In this document: positions 48,242 through 64,000 of the stretch, piece after piece
Position numbering within the stretch: position 1 is the stretch's first letter
Layout: each line of letters begins with the position of its first letter
From: the human T2T-CHM13v2.0 reference genome, Homo sapiens
Reading direction: 5' to 3' (one strand)
NCBI RefSeq assembly: GCF_009914755.1
Contig: NC_060928.1
DNA: 64,000 bases
Notes under the pieces: generated by a model
The model's input: only the letters and a program-made list of their open reading frames with translations
The model's database searches: none
What the model was told of the DNA's origin: nothing
Program-made: the position numbers and the translations under genes

Positions 48242-50794
48242 CCTTATATGGGGTTTACTGGGTTTTGTAAAAAGAGTGTGCTGGCTCTGTGAATGCACTT
48301 GCAGACAAGCAAACAACCCTCTCTTCCAGTGAACTGACCACCAAGTTGTTTCTTCTAACCTTTCCCTGTAGATAAGTTTCTGTATCTACCACTTATGTGT
48401 CTACATTCAGATGTGTAGACCACTGAAATATATAATTCTCCTTTCACTCTGATAGGTTTCCAACACACAACCCTACTCCTCCACCTACACACTATATTAA
48501 ATTCTAGCAAATGTGTATTTTTATTTTGTTAATTCTTTATAGATAAATCAGATAGATAAATCTACCTGGTGTATCTAAGATATAACCAGTACACAGCCCA
48601 ATTTTCCTGCCTTCTTACCCTTCCCTTCTTATATGCGCATGACTCTGGAAATATTGTAAGACTCAGTCAGGGGAATTTCTCGAATTTCCTTCTTTTAGAC
48701 TTAGAAGTTAGGCAATGACAACTTCTGAGTAAGCATAGTTGTTAAGATGAGTATATAATCCCTTATCAAACAGGGTCTACATCTATGGAAGGGCTGGGAG
48801 CAGGATGTGTTTATAGGGTAAATATGCTCAAAGTTGTAAATTACCACTAGATGTCACCCTTTGTAACATGTAAGCAAACGTGGGGCAACTTTCTACTACC
48901 AAAGTACTCTGGAGCCAAGGCACTTGCCCCAGGCCTGAGAAACACCTAGCAGTAACATCGACTCTGCCTGTGACCCACTGCCACACTGGAAACAAATAAT
49001 AAAGATTTCTCTCCAATGTAGTACTGAGGCTGGCTCTGAGTGTCCTCTGATCAGGATAGGAGAACCCACTTATTTTCACCAATAAGGACTTCATTTATTA
49101 ACTATCCACCTCCTAAGGACTGAGGCACAACTGCCGTGTTTCTGTCTCCAAGAGTATCTATCTTTCCAAGCTCCATCATGCCAGAAGGCTGATGGAATTA
49201 CCTCTTCTGTTCTCTTAGATTGTGTTGGTATCACTAGCAAGAACTGATATGGACCTCGGATTTTGCGATGAAAACTAAGATTAGTCAATACCTCTTTATC
49301 ACATAAAGCTCCACAGAAATATGACCTAACTGTCCCTGATTCTCCAAGATTCATTCTACCACTGCTGACAGATCATGAAAGTTAATTTTGAGGCTGAAAA
49401 TGCAGCATTTTTCTACTTCTCAAAACTGCACTGGAACTGAAGAGATAAAACATTGCTTAATTCATGAAAAACCCCAACTTTTTCTGGATTCACGTGTAGC
49501 ATTTCTCTGCTTCTAAGGATGGCCATTCCTAAAGATCTAGTGGCATGTTCTAACCATGACCAATTCCTTTTTCTCCATTTGATACTTCTCATGAATTTCT
49601 CAAGCTTTAAAAAAAATTGTAATTAATCTGAACCAATAGTTAAAAACAATATCTGATATTTGATTCTTCCAACAACTTTCTGATAAGTACTTTAATTATC
49701 CCTATTCACAACTAACGAGGAAACTAAAGCTAACAATTTAAGTAACCTGCTCAAGATTAAGGAGCTACTAAATGCCAAAGCTTGAGCTTTAACCCACAGT
49801 AACTGCAGTTGACAATCAAGCCAAGCTTGACTGTTACCTACATTTTCAGATAAATATATTTCAATTATTTGTAAGCTTAGTTGTATTTCTTCAAGTTATC
49901 TTTACATTAAATTTACATTTTGTTTTGTAAACTAAAGTTGTACTATTGTTTATGAACTCATAGACTGTATTACTGATAAGTTTTATGAACAAAAATAAGT
50001 GTTTAATATAAGGTGTTCCATGAATTTTAGAATAAAAGAAACTCTAGGGGATGTGCCTGCTAAACCCATGGGCATGTAGATATGTGTAAACTTAAATGTA
50101 ACCTTCCTAAGAAACCTGTAGGGTAGCCCCATATTTGAATGGAGAAAGCCTCATTCAAATATGGGGCTACACAATAGCCTTTCAGAAGGTTTAAGAACAA
50201 GTTAAGGTCACATAGACAGTAATTGGCAGGATGAAGGTGTACATGCAGATTGGGTTTTCTGACCATAACATTTATTTAATTTTCATTAAACTGAGCAATG
50301 CTTCAAAGTGAGGACTGTTTCTTAAGTTTTCCAGTTATGGCTTTATTTTTTTTTCTTATTAACAAACTAAGTTTAAGAAAATCAATTTGTAATCATACTC
50401 TCAATTGCACCTCTTTTCCTTACTTCATTCTATTGTCATAGTTCCTTGGTTTTGAGGGACAAAATTAGTGGTGTTACATCCTAGAATTTTTATCACTTGG
50501 CATCTACTATACTGGTAGTAAAGATTTTACATATAATATCCACTATACCATATCTGAATAGCACATGAATATTGTGTACCAATCCAGACAGTTTCATGCC
50601 TGAGATGGTTTATCACGAAATCTGTGTCTATAAGACAGAATAAACAGAATAGGTAAGTGATGCTTCTCAGAAAAACTGCAAAAATAAAGACCTTGTGTTA
50701 AATCTTCTGAAAGAAAATGTTGACTAGACTGATATTGTGAAAGCAAATGAAGTAACTAAATGTAGAAAGTTTTAAAAAATACTCTGGATCTTAT

Positions 50795-51215
50795 TTTGTG
50801 TCAGGCACTAGTGAAATCACTTTATATGTTATTTTATTTTTTTAAATCACTACCCTTACATGACACCTACAATTGTAACCTCAAATTTTACACATGAGGA
50901 AACTGAGGCATAGAAATTACAAGTAAATTTCTCACAGTCACATGGCTAGTAAACTCCATGACTGGACTTCAAACCTAAGTAGTGTAAGTGGGGTGTCTGA
51001 ATCCAACAGCAACAATAACAGCAATGAATCAGACACCATATAAGCACTTTGCCTGTATTTTCTCATTTAACCTTGACACTAACCCTATGAGATGTTACTA
51101 TCATAGTTCTCATTTTAAGAATGAGAAAACGAAGGTTCACAGAGGTTAAATAACGTGTACAATATATTTAATGGATGGCTGTTCAGGATTTGAATCTAGC
51201 TAGTCAACAGACTAT
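50795..51215 (-). mobile_element. Two adjacent MIR remnants
   Basis: CATGAGGAAACTGAGGCATAGA (~50895) and ATGAGAAAACGAAGGTTCACAGAGGTTAAATAAC (~51121) MIR cores. Confidence 0.75.
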
Positions 51216-51391
51216 AATTTTGTCTATTAAGTGAATATAAATTACCTGCATAAATATTTAATTCAGGTATATGTGTGTATTTTATACAAATTTTTTTTCA
51301 TTATTGACATTATAATCTTAGGCCCAGGAATTAAAATATAAAATGGTTATACGAGCATTTATAAATATTTTCTATTCATGGATATTGATTC

Positions 51392-51983
51392 TGTCATGGA
51401 TATTGTGGGTTGACTCCTCACTTCTGGCCATCTTTTAGATCTAGAACACTGAGAAATTTTAAAAAATATTTCTCAGAGGCCCATGGAACTCAAATTCTGG
51501 ATGTTAATTATTTTCCACCAATTAGCTACACTCACTTAAGATTCAGAAGACAGAAATAAGGTGGAAACCTTTTCTCTGCCCTCACCTTTTCTTTTAGTTC
51601 TTCTTGCAGGCAAGGTCAAGGAAAGGTGAGTTGTTTCTGCTTTAGTGTTAGAAAGGCTGTTATCTAGAACAGAAGCATTTGCAGTAGCAGCAGCAGCGGC
51701 AGCAGCAATGGCATCTTCTTGATTTCACATCCTGATTTTGAGGATCCCCACCTGGGGTATGTTCTTGAATTCAAAACTCCAATCCAATGTTAGACACCAA
51801 GGTGGTAGCACCCTTGACAGGTCATCTCTTTAGTGTTCTGAGTCATTTCTGGAGGCCCAAACTAGAAATCACCCCTTCAACCCTCCAACAAATTTAAGTA
51901 CTTAATTATTGTATCCATCTATTTATTTATCTATCTATCACATTTCTAGTGTCTATTTCCTGCCCTGGGTTTTGACTGATACA
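51392..51983 (+). mobile_element. LTR33-like ERVL solo LTR
   Basis: TGTCATGGATATTGTGGGTTG...TTCTGGATGT..CCACCAATTAG...GACTGATACA; TG...CA ends. Confidence 0.7.
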
Positions 51984-52614
51984 GTATTCATTGTTTAAAC
52001 TGCATTAGTGCTGCCTGATAGAAGTTCTTGTAGCTAATGCTTTTCAGACACTGTGTTGCTGATTTATTTTACAGTTTTGTCTCTCCATGAATTTCAGTCA
52101 ATCTTCTTCATCCCATCCCCCTTTCTCAGTAACTTCACCCATTCACTACTCCAAAAACATCTTTGAAAACCATTTTGACAGCCAAGCCTAACAAACCCAA
52201 AATGATAACATTCCAGCTTAGGAATGTTATTTTGATAGAAAAAGAAATTCTAGAAATAGAATGTTCAAATTTTTATTTGTTGTAAGACACTTAAAATAAT
52301 AATGCTATTAATGAAAGGAAGTTTTGTTTGTTTGCTTTCCTGTTTTCTGGTGTATTTATACTGGGAAACATGTCCTGAGACCTAGCTCCCAACTCCTGCC
52401 AACCTTGACCTTCCACTCACCTTTTACCACTGTGGTTACTTGCTTTGCTGCTGTTGCTGCTTGATCTTGCCTTGGATGTTATGTTTCAAAAAAGGAGTTT
52501 AGGTGCTTTTACCTGATACTTGGCTTTTGCTATAAAATGTAATTGTCTTCAAGACATGCGTATAAAAACTAGAGGACAAGATTATGCCAAGTTCCTTGCC
52601 TCTGCCACACTTTC

Positions 52615-52616
<2 letters not shown>

Positions 52617-52648
<32 letters not shown>

Positions 52649-52659
52649 GTGTGTGTGTG
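52617..52659. repeat. (TG)n microsatellite, interrupted
   Basis: Read directly from sequence. Confidence 0.95.
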
Positions 52660-55344
52660 ATGTTCTTTATTAGCAAAATTTAACAGAGAAGTAGCCATTA
52701 AGGTAGTCTCAAATCCATTCAGTTAAATAGCTCAGTAACTTCGTATCAAAGAATACATATTGGTATTGAAGCACCTTGCTTAATTTGTACTCAGCTGCAA
52801 ACTAAAATAAATACCATACATATTTATATGTGATGGCTGTTGGGAAGAATATCAGAAGGGTAAACAACATTTGGGAAAACCAACAGGCATTTGTTTCTTT
52901 GTACCTGACCGAAACTACATTCAGCTGCTATTTGTGCTACTACATAGATGGGCGCCTACAGGCCATCTGATATTTCTGCTCTTGTCGTCTTTCCCTGTAG
53001 AAGGAAGGGAGGAAGCAGAGAGATCAAGAACTATGTCTAAGTCCCAGACACCATGATCAAATCAGAGAAGTCTAACACAAAGGAAAGTCCATATCACCAG
53101 GAGCTGGGTTAGTTTCTACTTTTTGTTTCTGGATGGCAATCAGGAAGAGGTTTGTAAAAATATATGTGTATATATAGTAAACAATTTCTACTTTCAAAGT
53201 GTTTTAAACATTAGTTTGAAAAATTAATCAGGTTAATACATTTCTGTGGAAAGAATAAGCACTTTTTGTCATTGGTCTCTTTCCAGGTCTTTTACAAAAA
53301 TATGAACTACAATTATCATTGCTATTTTCTTGCTGCTGTTTTTCCTAAATATTTCCATTTAATTCATTGATTCTTCCTCCCGGTTTATGTTTCTTCAAAT
53401 TCAGATTGGAAGTATGAAATTTTCTCAGAAAACAGAATTGGCTGCTTCAAGGTTATTTTGATTTAAACTTACAAATAATCATTTAATGAAACGAACAAAC
53501 GTCTGTTCAATTTTCACTGATAAGGCCAGAAATGGAATATTTAGGTATTTTGTTTCCAATGATTTATTATAAAATTTTACAAACATATTAAAATCATGGA
53601 AGAATTACACAGAGAAACCACCTAAATTGTACAATTAATATTTTGCTGTGTTTTCTTTATCATGCATCTCTCCATCTATTTGCTCTGTTTGGGAATTCTG
53701 TAACCACCTCAAAAGAAGAATCAGGTGAAAAACATTAGAAAGGGCATGATTTTATAGAAATATTCCTACCCCACACTTAATAATGTTTTCATACATTTTG
53801 ATTTTGCTTTTTACTATCCAAATTACAATAAGAATTTGGAAAATGTTTTAAGTGAACCCTGGGACTTTGTGACTCAGATCTCAATATTTTCTGCAGGTTT
53901 TCCCATGTTTTTCAATAAAGTAGGGTTTGTTGAGAAGTAGAGAAGAAAGGGTTATCATTGAGTATCAGACTAATATATAAAACTCCTTACATGCCATCAC
54001 TCTGCCCTCAATTTTTAAATAATGGGATTTTATAAAAAGACTGAATAAAGGACTCTAAAGCGATAAACTGCAGAGAGATACAAGATGCTATTGCCAAAAA
54101 CCAGATAGCATTCAATTAGTTTTTTTTAAGGCATTCTTATCACATCTCCTCCTAATATTAGCTTTCTCAATAAACAATAGCCTGCTGCAATATTGCCAGG
54201 GTTGCCCAGCTGAGATGACAATGTGCAGTGACAGATGATTGGGATCATCCGAAACTGTTGATGTTATTCACAAATGGCACTCACTGGTCCTTTAGTATAG
54301 GAGATTATTTTATGACTCTAACATGAAACCAGATTAATATTTATGTGGTAAGACAGATAAGAAATGCATTTTTCTGCAATAAAAAAATTAAACATATTTT
54401 TTGGGTCCATTTTCAGCTATTAACTTTTATCTAATTGAGTCTGATATGTACATAAGATAATGAGCACACACATCTTTCTGCTCTTTGAAAAGGCTTTAAA
54501 TCTTGTATGACTATTCAAGACCTTAATTTAGGCTTTCAGATTGTATTTGCTTTAAATGAAGGAAAAATCAGTAGGGTAAAAAATATCTACAATTTAATAT
54601 AATAATGCTACCACTCATACTGGGTTATGTCAATCTCTGGTTGTTAGACATATGAATTACTTGGTCACATGAAGCTACTGGGTCAAATTAAAGTTTATAA
54701 TAATATTTTATAGACCATTCTTTTTCTCCAGAATACAGAAAATTTCTAGTTTTAAAACAAAAAATAAATAAGTCATTACTTTAGTCCATCTAACGAAAAA
54801 GTATATTTTTAATATATTTTGAAACATTGGCCGATTTGATAGGATTGAATCAATTAACATTCTGAAAAAAAATTAAATTTTATTTAGATGCCAGAACTGA
54901 AATACAACATATTGAAATCTTTGGAATTTTCAATTCAAGACATAAAGCAATTACTAGCTTACGATAAACAAAACATTTCTGAAGATTATCTCCAAGGCCC
55001 TGAAAGGTCTGGCTGCTTCCTATCTTTCCAGTCTCATCTGGAATGATGCTTGCAGGATTTCCAGGTGAGTCAACTCTCTAGTTTCCTCCTACCTTATTGA
55101 GCTACTTCTTCTCAATATTTAGAGATTCTCCATTTTCTCTGACCTGGAATCATATTCTGAGACTCAAACTGTCTTCTTTTTTCACTCTCTTGATGTCCTC
55201 ATTCAGTACTGTGTCTTTAAATATCATGAATTTGTTAGTGTTTATCAAATGTATATTTCCAGTCTGAATATCTCCCTAAGCTCCAGATTTGATGGGGAAA
55301 GGGATCCTATGATCTACTACATATCCGGAAAATGTGGACCCTGT

Positions 55345-55519
55345 CAGTGATGTGCTATACTAGCAAGAGCAAATTCTATATGTCTCCTCCCAATTTTGCA
55401 TTCAGAGACATGCGGGTAGCTTGAAATCAGCCATATTGGGAGTATTTAGCCCATGAAAATCAGCAAATGCTAAAAATCCTCACCTGTCCTTCCAGAGCTG
55501 GGTTAGCAGAACACAACTG
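55345..55519. mobile_element. MER63-like hAT DNA transposon
   Basis: Inverted ends CAGTGATGTGCT...GAACACAACTG; internal GGTAGCTTGAAATCAGCCAT..GGGAGTATTTA..CAGCAAATGCTA. Confidence 0.7.
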
Positions 55520-55541
55520 CCTATCACATCCTGAAGAGGCC

Positions 55542-57819
55542 TGATATTGTTTGGCTGTGTCCTCACCCAAATCTCATCTTGAACTGTAGCTCCCATAATT
55601 CCCTCGTGTTGTGGGAGGGACCAAGTGGGAGATATTTTAATCATAGGGACGGTTTCCCTCATACTGTTCTCATGGTGGTGAATAAGTCTCACAAGATCTG
55701 ATTGCTTTATAAGAGGAACACCCTTTCACTTGGTTTTCATTCTCTTGTCTTGTCTGCCAGCATGTAAGATGTGCCTTTCATCTTCTGTCATGATTATGAG
55801 GCCTCCCCAGCCACACAGAACTGTGAGTCCATTAAAGGCTCTGTCTTCATCAGCAGCGTGAAAATGGACTAACACAGTAAATTGGTACCAGTAGAGTGGG
55901 GAGCTGCTGAAAAGATACCCAAAAATGTGGAAGTGACTTTGAAACTGGGTAACAGGCAGGCAGAGGTAGGAACAGTTGGAGGGCTCAGAAAAAGATAGGA
56001 AAATGTGCGAAAGTTTGGAAATCCCTAGAGACTTGTTGAATGGCTTTGACCAAAATGCTGATAATGATATGGACAATGAAATCTAGGCTGAGATGCTGAG
56101 ATGGTCTCAGGTGGAGATAAGGAACTTGTTGGGAACTGAAGCAAAGGTGACTCATTATATTTTAGCAAAGTGACTGGTGGCATTTTGTCCCTGCCCTTTT
56201 TTGAGATTTGTCTGACTTTGAACTTGAGAGAGAGAACTTAGGGTATCTGGCAGAAGATATTTCTAAGCAACAAAGCATTCAAGTGGTGACTTGGGTGCTG
56301 TTAAAGGCATTCAGTTTTATAAGGGAAGCACAGCATAAAAGTTTGAAAAATTTGCAGCCTGACAATGTAATGTAAAAGAAAATCCCATTTTCTGAGGAGA
56401 AATTCAAGCCGGCTGCAGAAATTTGCATAAGTAACAAGGAGCCAAATGTTAATCCCCAAGACACTATGGGGAGAATGTCTCCAGGGAATATCAGAGACCT
56501 TTACAACAGCCCCTCCCATCACAAACCTGGAGGCCTGGGAGGCAAAAATGGTTTCATGGGCTGGGCCTATGGTCCCTCTGCTGTGTACAGTCTAGGGACT
56601 TGGTGCCCTGCATCTCTGCCACTCCAGCTGTGACTAAAAGGGGCCAAAGTACAGCTTGGGCCATGGCTTCAGAGGGTGCAAGTCCCAAGGCTTGGCAGCT
56701 TCCATGTGGTGTTGAGCCTGTGGGTGCACAAAAGTCAAGAATTGAGGTTTGGGAACCTCCGCCTAGATTTCAGAGGATGTATGGAAACGCCTGGATGTCC
56801 AGGCAGACATTTGTTGCAGGAGCAGACACTGATGGAGAACCTCTGCTAGGGCAGTGCAGTAGGGAAATGTGGGGTGGGCACCCCCACACAGAGTCCTCAT
56901 TGGGGCACTGCCTAGTGGAGCTGTGAGAAGAGGGCCGCCGTTCTCCAGATCCCTGAATGGTAGATCCACCAACAGCTTGCACCCTGCACATGGAAAATCC
57001 ACAGACCCTCCATGCCAGCCCATGAAAGCAGCCAGAAGAGAGGCTGTACCCCACAAAGCCATAGAAGTGGAGCTGCCCAAGACCATGGGAATCTACCTCT
57101 TGCAACAGCATGACCCAGATGTGAGACATAGAGTCAAAGGAGGCCATTTTGGACCTTCAAGATTTAACTGCCCTGCTGGATTTCAGACTTGCATGAGGCC
57201 TTTAGCCCCTTTGCTTTGGCCAATTTCTTCCATTTGGAATAGCTGTATTTACCCAATGCCTCTACCCCCATTTTATCTAGGAAGTAACTAACTTGCTTTT
57301 GATCTTACAGGCTCACAGGTGGAAGGGACTTGCTTTGTCTTAGATAAGACTTTGGACTGTGGACTTTTGAGTTAATACTGAAATGAGTTAAGACTTTGGG
57401 GGACTGTTGGAATGGCATGATTTGTTTTGAAATGTGAAGATATGAGATTTGGAAGGGGCCAAGTGTGGAATCATAGGGTTTGCCTGTGTCCTCACCCAAA
57501 TCTCATCTTGAATTGTAGCTCCCATAATTCCCTTGAGTTGTGGGAGGGACCAAGTGGGAGACAATTGAATCAAGGGGGTGGTTCCCCCATACTGTTCTCA
57601 TGGTGGTGAATAAGTCTCATGAGATCTGATGGTTTTATAAGGGGAAACCCCTTTCGCTTGGTTTTCATTCTCTTCTCTTGTCTGCTGCCATGTGAGATGT
57701 GCCTTTCATCTCCCACCATGATTGTGAGGCCTCTCCAGCCACATGGAATTGTAAGTCCATTAAACCTCTTTCTTTTGTAAATTGCCCAGTCTCAGCTATG
57801 TTGAAAATGGACTAATACA
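55542..57819 (+). mobile_element. Complete THE1 (THE1C-like) MaLR element: LTR 55542-55876, internal, LTR 57471-57819
   Basis: Two THE1 LTRs, MaLR internal sequence with broken ORF, perfect 5-bp TSD AGGCC (55537-55541 and 57820-57824). Confidence 0.95.
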
Positions 57820-57868
57820 AGGCCCAAGAAAACCAGGACTAAGAAGATCATGCATAATGAATGTGCTC

Positions 57869-57893
57869 GTGTGTGTGTGTGTGTGTGTGTGTG
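57869..57893. repeat. (GT)n microsatellite
   Basis: Read directly from sequence. Confidence 0.95.
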
Positions 57894-58609
57894 AAAAGAT
57901 TATTGTATTAGCAATTCCTTTAATACTATTCCTTAAATCCATTCCTTCAGTTTATTAAAAGTAACTCTATACACACAAAGTCCCAAATCCAGATTGGCAG
58001 CTCAATTTGGTGGCCCAGAGGTATGTAACCTATTATTCCAGATGTAATTACAAAGTTATGGCAATATGTGACATCAAGGAAACAAATCTAATTAATTTTA
58101 GGAAAATTTTGCTCATAATTATTGTCTAGATTAAGAATTTTATAATACTGGTGCTTCTAATCTCTCTCTGATCTATATGCTTAGATCAGGGAGGAGATAC
58201 TAAACACAAACTGGCCAGATTCTCTTTCGGAAGAAGAGGGTCAATTAGCTGTTGGTAGCAACGTTGGAAAGTCATCTTTATATATCCTGTTTGACACTGC
58301 TGCCATAAAAACCCATGTGTTATGGGGCAGAGGAAATCAGGTATCAGGAAAGAGAAAAAAGTAAATGTGCAAAGAGAAAGAGTGCTAAGACATCCCACAG
58401 TCCAGGAAAGAGAGGGAGAGAGAGCCAATTGACATTCTACATCTTCAATTCCCATGCAGCATAGTTTTATTAGGTATCACATGCTTCCACTCTGTTCTCA
58501 AATGAATACCACTTTTGCTCAGAAGTTCTTATTAATAATACTATTTAAGGTTTAGTTGAGAAAAAAGTTTCTTTAATATCCAGAGTTGGTATTTAATTGA
58601 CCTCTTGCA

Positions 58610-59905
<1,296 letters not shown>

Positions 59906-61305
59906 CATATAATAAAAATACTTGTGGGGGTGCAGTTGGGGAAATGGCTGAATTATACAAACTATTTGTCTCCACTGCCCTATTTCAGTGGAATATTGCC
60001 AACTCTTTGCTCTGCTTTGTTCTATTTAGATTCTGCATCTGTGTAGATTTCTCTTCCAAAATTTGGGGATGTATAGTAATTTAGTCAGTGAAAGAGTTGT
60101 TTCCATGGATGCTTGGTAAACTGATTATAATGAAATTGGCACTGGGTCTTAGTTTTAATATGACACCATGGCATATTATAATTCTAATTTCCAATCTAAA
60201 GTTTCTCTAGTAGCAGAATAAGTACTTTCCCTGGGCATTTTTTTTTTCCTGCAGAACTTAGATAAAAAGCTCATGTTTTATTTGGCATCTGATCACTCAC
60301 AGCAATCTTCTCAGATAAAAACACAATGTCAGTGAGAAGAAAGGAAAAACCTCCTGCCGAATAGAAGGGAATAATCCCTTGTAAAACTGTCTCTGGATGC
60401 TAATGAGCCAACAATAAAGGCCCTATTATGTAATTGTTTCGAGTGATATTGTTCACATTAAATTTCAGTGATGCCAAAGGCAGAATCACCCTGAGGCTCT
60501 GATACATCAGTTAGAATAATGACACAGATTCAAGCTCATCAATTTTGCTAATGGCTGGTGCATCTACTTTAGACCAGCAAGGAAAAACAAAAACTTGAGT
60601 TTTATTTTTAATCTTATTTTGACATTAATGGTCATATTCTTCAGCAAAAAAAAAAAAAAAAGAAAAATTATACTGAGGCATCAATACCCTGAAACAGGCA
60701 CAAACATATCCCAATGAGACAACACCAGGATCAAAAGTATATGAAGTCCCCCTATCTGTCCACAGGCTGAAATAACAACACTTTGTCTTAAATTTCTTGT
60801 GTCTTCATACTCTAAGATTTTGATGTCTGGTTAGATTGGTAATTGCTTCCATTGCCATATGTAGACACTTTAAATAATGATATGGGTGATACAAACTGGG
60901 ACAAAATGGATATTCAATATATTTTTGACTTTCTCCAGTATCTAGGAAACTTAGGTAATATCTAGTCATTAAATCATGTTTGAAATCATAAGTAAAAAAC
61001 GAATACCTTAATGGCTCTCTAAGGATAATATGGATTCCGACAGGCACTAAAACTGTTATACCACATGAATGTGATACTGTGGTCAAGTGGACAGCATTTT
61101 GGTATATGCAATAAACCACATTTAACACAATCCTGTTTTTAAGTGTATAATTAAGTTATGTCACAGACTGAATAGCTGATTCCAGAAATTTTAAAGTCTT
61201 CAGCTACAAAATCTAATATTACATTTGAAAGACTAGATCTTTTTGGTAAACTGCCTACTGAAGGGATCAGCTAAGGTCCTCTATGATTAATCTTCATATT
61301 CTCTA

Positions 61306-61616
<311 letters not shown>

Positions 61617-61851
61617 AGAATATTCCAGAGCATATCCTTTATTAGATGTTCTTATAAAATTACAGTTTCTGTGAATGTGAAAATCATGTAGGACAGATGA
61701 TAAAAAGTATATCTTCTCATGAAATTTGAGATTTGAGAATAACATTAGAGATTATCTTACTGTAATTTTTTATATTATAGTTAAGAAACTGAGATTCAGT
61801 AAAGCAAAGTGATATGGATTTATATCAGAAGTTATAATTGCATTATGTGAC

Positions 61852-62480
61852 TGAAAGGGATCAGAAGAGGCCACCCCAAAACATGTTACTTTGGCATAAG
61901 AATTATGAATAGGCCACCCCAAAACATGTTACTTTGGCATAAGAATTATTTTGAGTTCAAAGCAACTGAGAAGCAGCAGATGAAGGAAGAATTCTCTGTC
62001 CTCCCACTTTCTAACTAAAAATAGGGCATACATTTCCTTTTGTGAAGGTTTCCTGCTCTCTTCTCCCATATCGAGAAAAAGAGACAATTCTTAATCACTA
62101 GATACTACTCTTGTCACTGGAGAGTAGTTGGCATAAGAATATTTACTAAACAACCCTTACTTTACATTAGTTTTTCCATATTTTTACCTTCCCACAATTT
62201 ACCGTTTTTAGAAGGCTAAACCTCTTTTACTTTGTCTAGTCACTTTTCCACAATTTATCATCCTTTGTTAAAATGATTTATAAGCCCCTGGGTCTAACTA
62301 CCTCTTAGGGATTTTAACCTCTTTTCTGTGAACCCCTCTCTAACTACACATGTAAAAATATTAACATCAATAACATATGTATGCCTTTTCTCCTGTTAAT
62401 CTTTTTTTTTTTTTGTCAGTTTAACTTGCAAACCCCAGTTATAAACCTAAGAGAGTAGAGGAAATGTTTTTCCTCTCTTT
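61852..62480 (+). mobile_element. MER34-family ERV1 solo LTR
   Basis: TGAAAGGGATCAGAA..GCCACCCCAAAA..CTTTGGCATAAG..ATTATTTTGAG start; CCTTTTCTCCTGTTAATC..AACCTAAGAGAGTAGAGG end; possible 4-bp TSD TGAC. Confidence 0.85.
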
Positions 62481-63214
62481 TGACATCTCATGACACACTT
62501 GATTATTTGCCACTTGGTTAAATAGAAAACATTAAGAATTTCCTCATTATTATCTATTTCTGTGGTGTGTTTGTAATTCAGCTATTAGTGATTTAGCTTC
62601 TTTACTTTAAAAAATGCTTCATTAAAATTTTCTACACCATCCACTTCAGAGCTCCATTCCTCTACTTGCTACATGTATTGAGGTGATGATGAGGTGGGGG
62701 AGAGTTGAGGGGTGGGATTGCTATTGCCATTTATCCTAAAGGACTGTTTTAGAAAGATACTGGAGAGTGCCTACTGTTTTAATGTTGTAGCACTAGCTAT
62801 ATTCCGGAGCTTAAATGTTAATGGTTTTAATCTGCCTCCATATTCATACTATTAGGCACCTACCTATATTACTTAGGGCTTACAAAATATCAGACACTTG
62901 CTAACAAAGGGAAGTCACGATGCCTTTCCTTAAAGGCCTTACAATCAAATATGAGGAGACAGCCGAAAAACGAGTACAAGGAAGAGGTTATAGACACCAC
63001 GGTAGCAGCCTGTGCCAGAATAACAGGGGACAAAGGCAGGAGTAGACAATTGTAATAGGGTAAGTTGACGAAACTCAATAGAGGTGACCCTTGAGCTCAT
63101 GAAAAGTGGCTTGTTAAGGGGAAGGTGATAAGTAAGTTATGCCACTTTTGTATTGGTGGATCAATCACAAATTTATATAAAAAACTCCTGGAAGCCAAAA
63201 CCTTTCTCCTAAAA

Positions 63215-63770
63215 TACAGATCCATCTATCCAACTGATTTACTTGACAAATCTATCATGCTTGACATGCTCAAATACAACTTATGATCTTTCCTTACAAA
63301 CCTGGTCTTCTTTACTGTAGATATTCCATCCTATGTCTCAAGTCAGAAATCTAATCTTGACTCCTCCATTATTAAACCACTGCCAAGTATTTTCCTGTTA
63401 ATTTTACCCCCAAAATATCTTTCAAATAAGTTGAAGTTCTTCAATTTTCTTCTTGACGACTACCATAATTCAAATTATGATCATCAACCACATTTACTAT
63501 TACATTACTTCAGTAATTAGATGAATGCCTATCATATACTAAATGCTTAATAAATACATTTAAATGAATATATTATTGACTGAACTACATTCCTTTCATT
63601 CCCTTTCCTTACTCTCTCATTCACTTTTCCAGAGGGAAGGCATAGTGATCTAGTCAGCTCTTTAATGTGATTTTCCTATTTAAAATCCTTCATTGGCTTC
63701 TCACCTCTTAAAGAAAAGTCGTAATAGTAGGACTTAGAAGGTCCTACATAAATGTATTGGTTAGTGCTCC
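63215..63770 (+). mobile_element. L2 remnant
   Basis: CCATCTATCCAACTG..ACTTGACA..; AAGTCAGAAATC..TCTTGACTCCTCC; AAAATCCTTCATTGGCTTCTC. Confidence 0.65.
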
Positions 63771-64000
63771 ATCTTGTACAAAATAAGATAAGAAATGTGA
63801 GTTTGTGCACCTGTAATTTACTATTACTGTATAGCATGTTCACTGTGATGACACCTCCAGATTGAATAATTGAAAACTCTGGGTGTCATGTACTTCAATG
63901 GATGCCAGTGGAGAGAGAAGAATGAGGGAAAGTGGTAATCTCATGGGCACATATTTTTGAAAATAAAATTTTAATCACAATTATTTTTCAAACACAAAGT

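Overview
This is AT-rich, repeat-dense human genomic DNA; a diagnostic AluYa5 at 31686 marks it as human. The only host coding sequence I can support is a short minus-strand terminal exon at 29554-29669, which the ORF track misses. It encodes [V]NGHPALKRANIRVVGKLVARSIRERKMRQHYKSCKVE*, which I recognise from memory as the C-terminus of IQCM (IQ motif containing M, 4q31). If so, ~29670-64000 is part of the large last intron and 1-~29300 is downstream intergenic DNA. The rest is mostly transposon-derived: a decayed full-length L1PA7/8, truncated L1PA4-like and L1PA8-like copies, old L1M fragments, two complete THE1 (MaLR) proviruses, several solo LTRs, nine Alus, MER2/MER20/MER63 DNA transposons, L2/MIR remnants and microsatellites. 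Nearly all ORF-track entries are transposon or microsatellite artefacts. I found no convincing new biological system. The most interesting observations are an open L1 ORF0-like frame, a long open THE1A internal ORF with DUX4-type motifs in both LTRs, possible gene conversion between two L1s flanking the exon, clustered fold-back (template-switch) scars, and a very young, possibly polymorphic AluYa5. Subfamily names come from recalled consensus sequences, not a RepeatMasker run.
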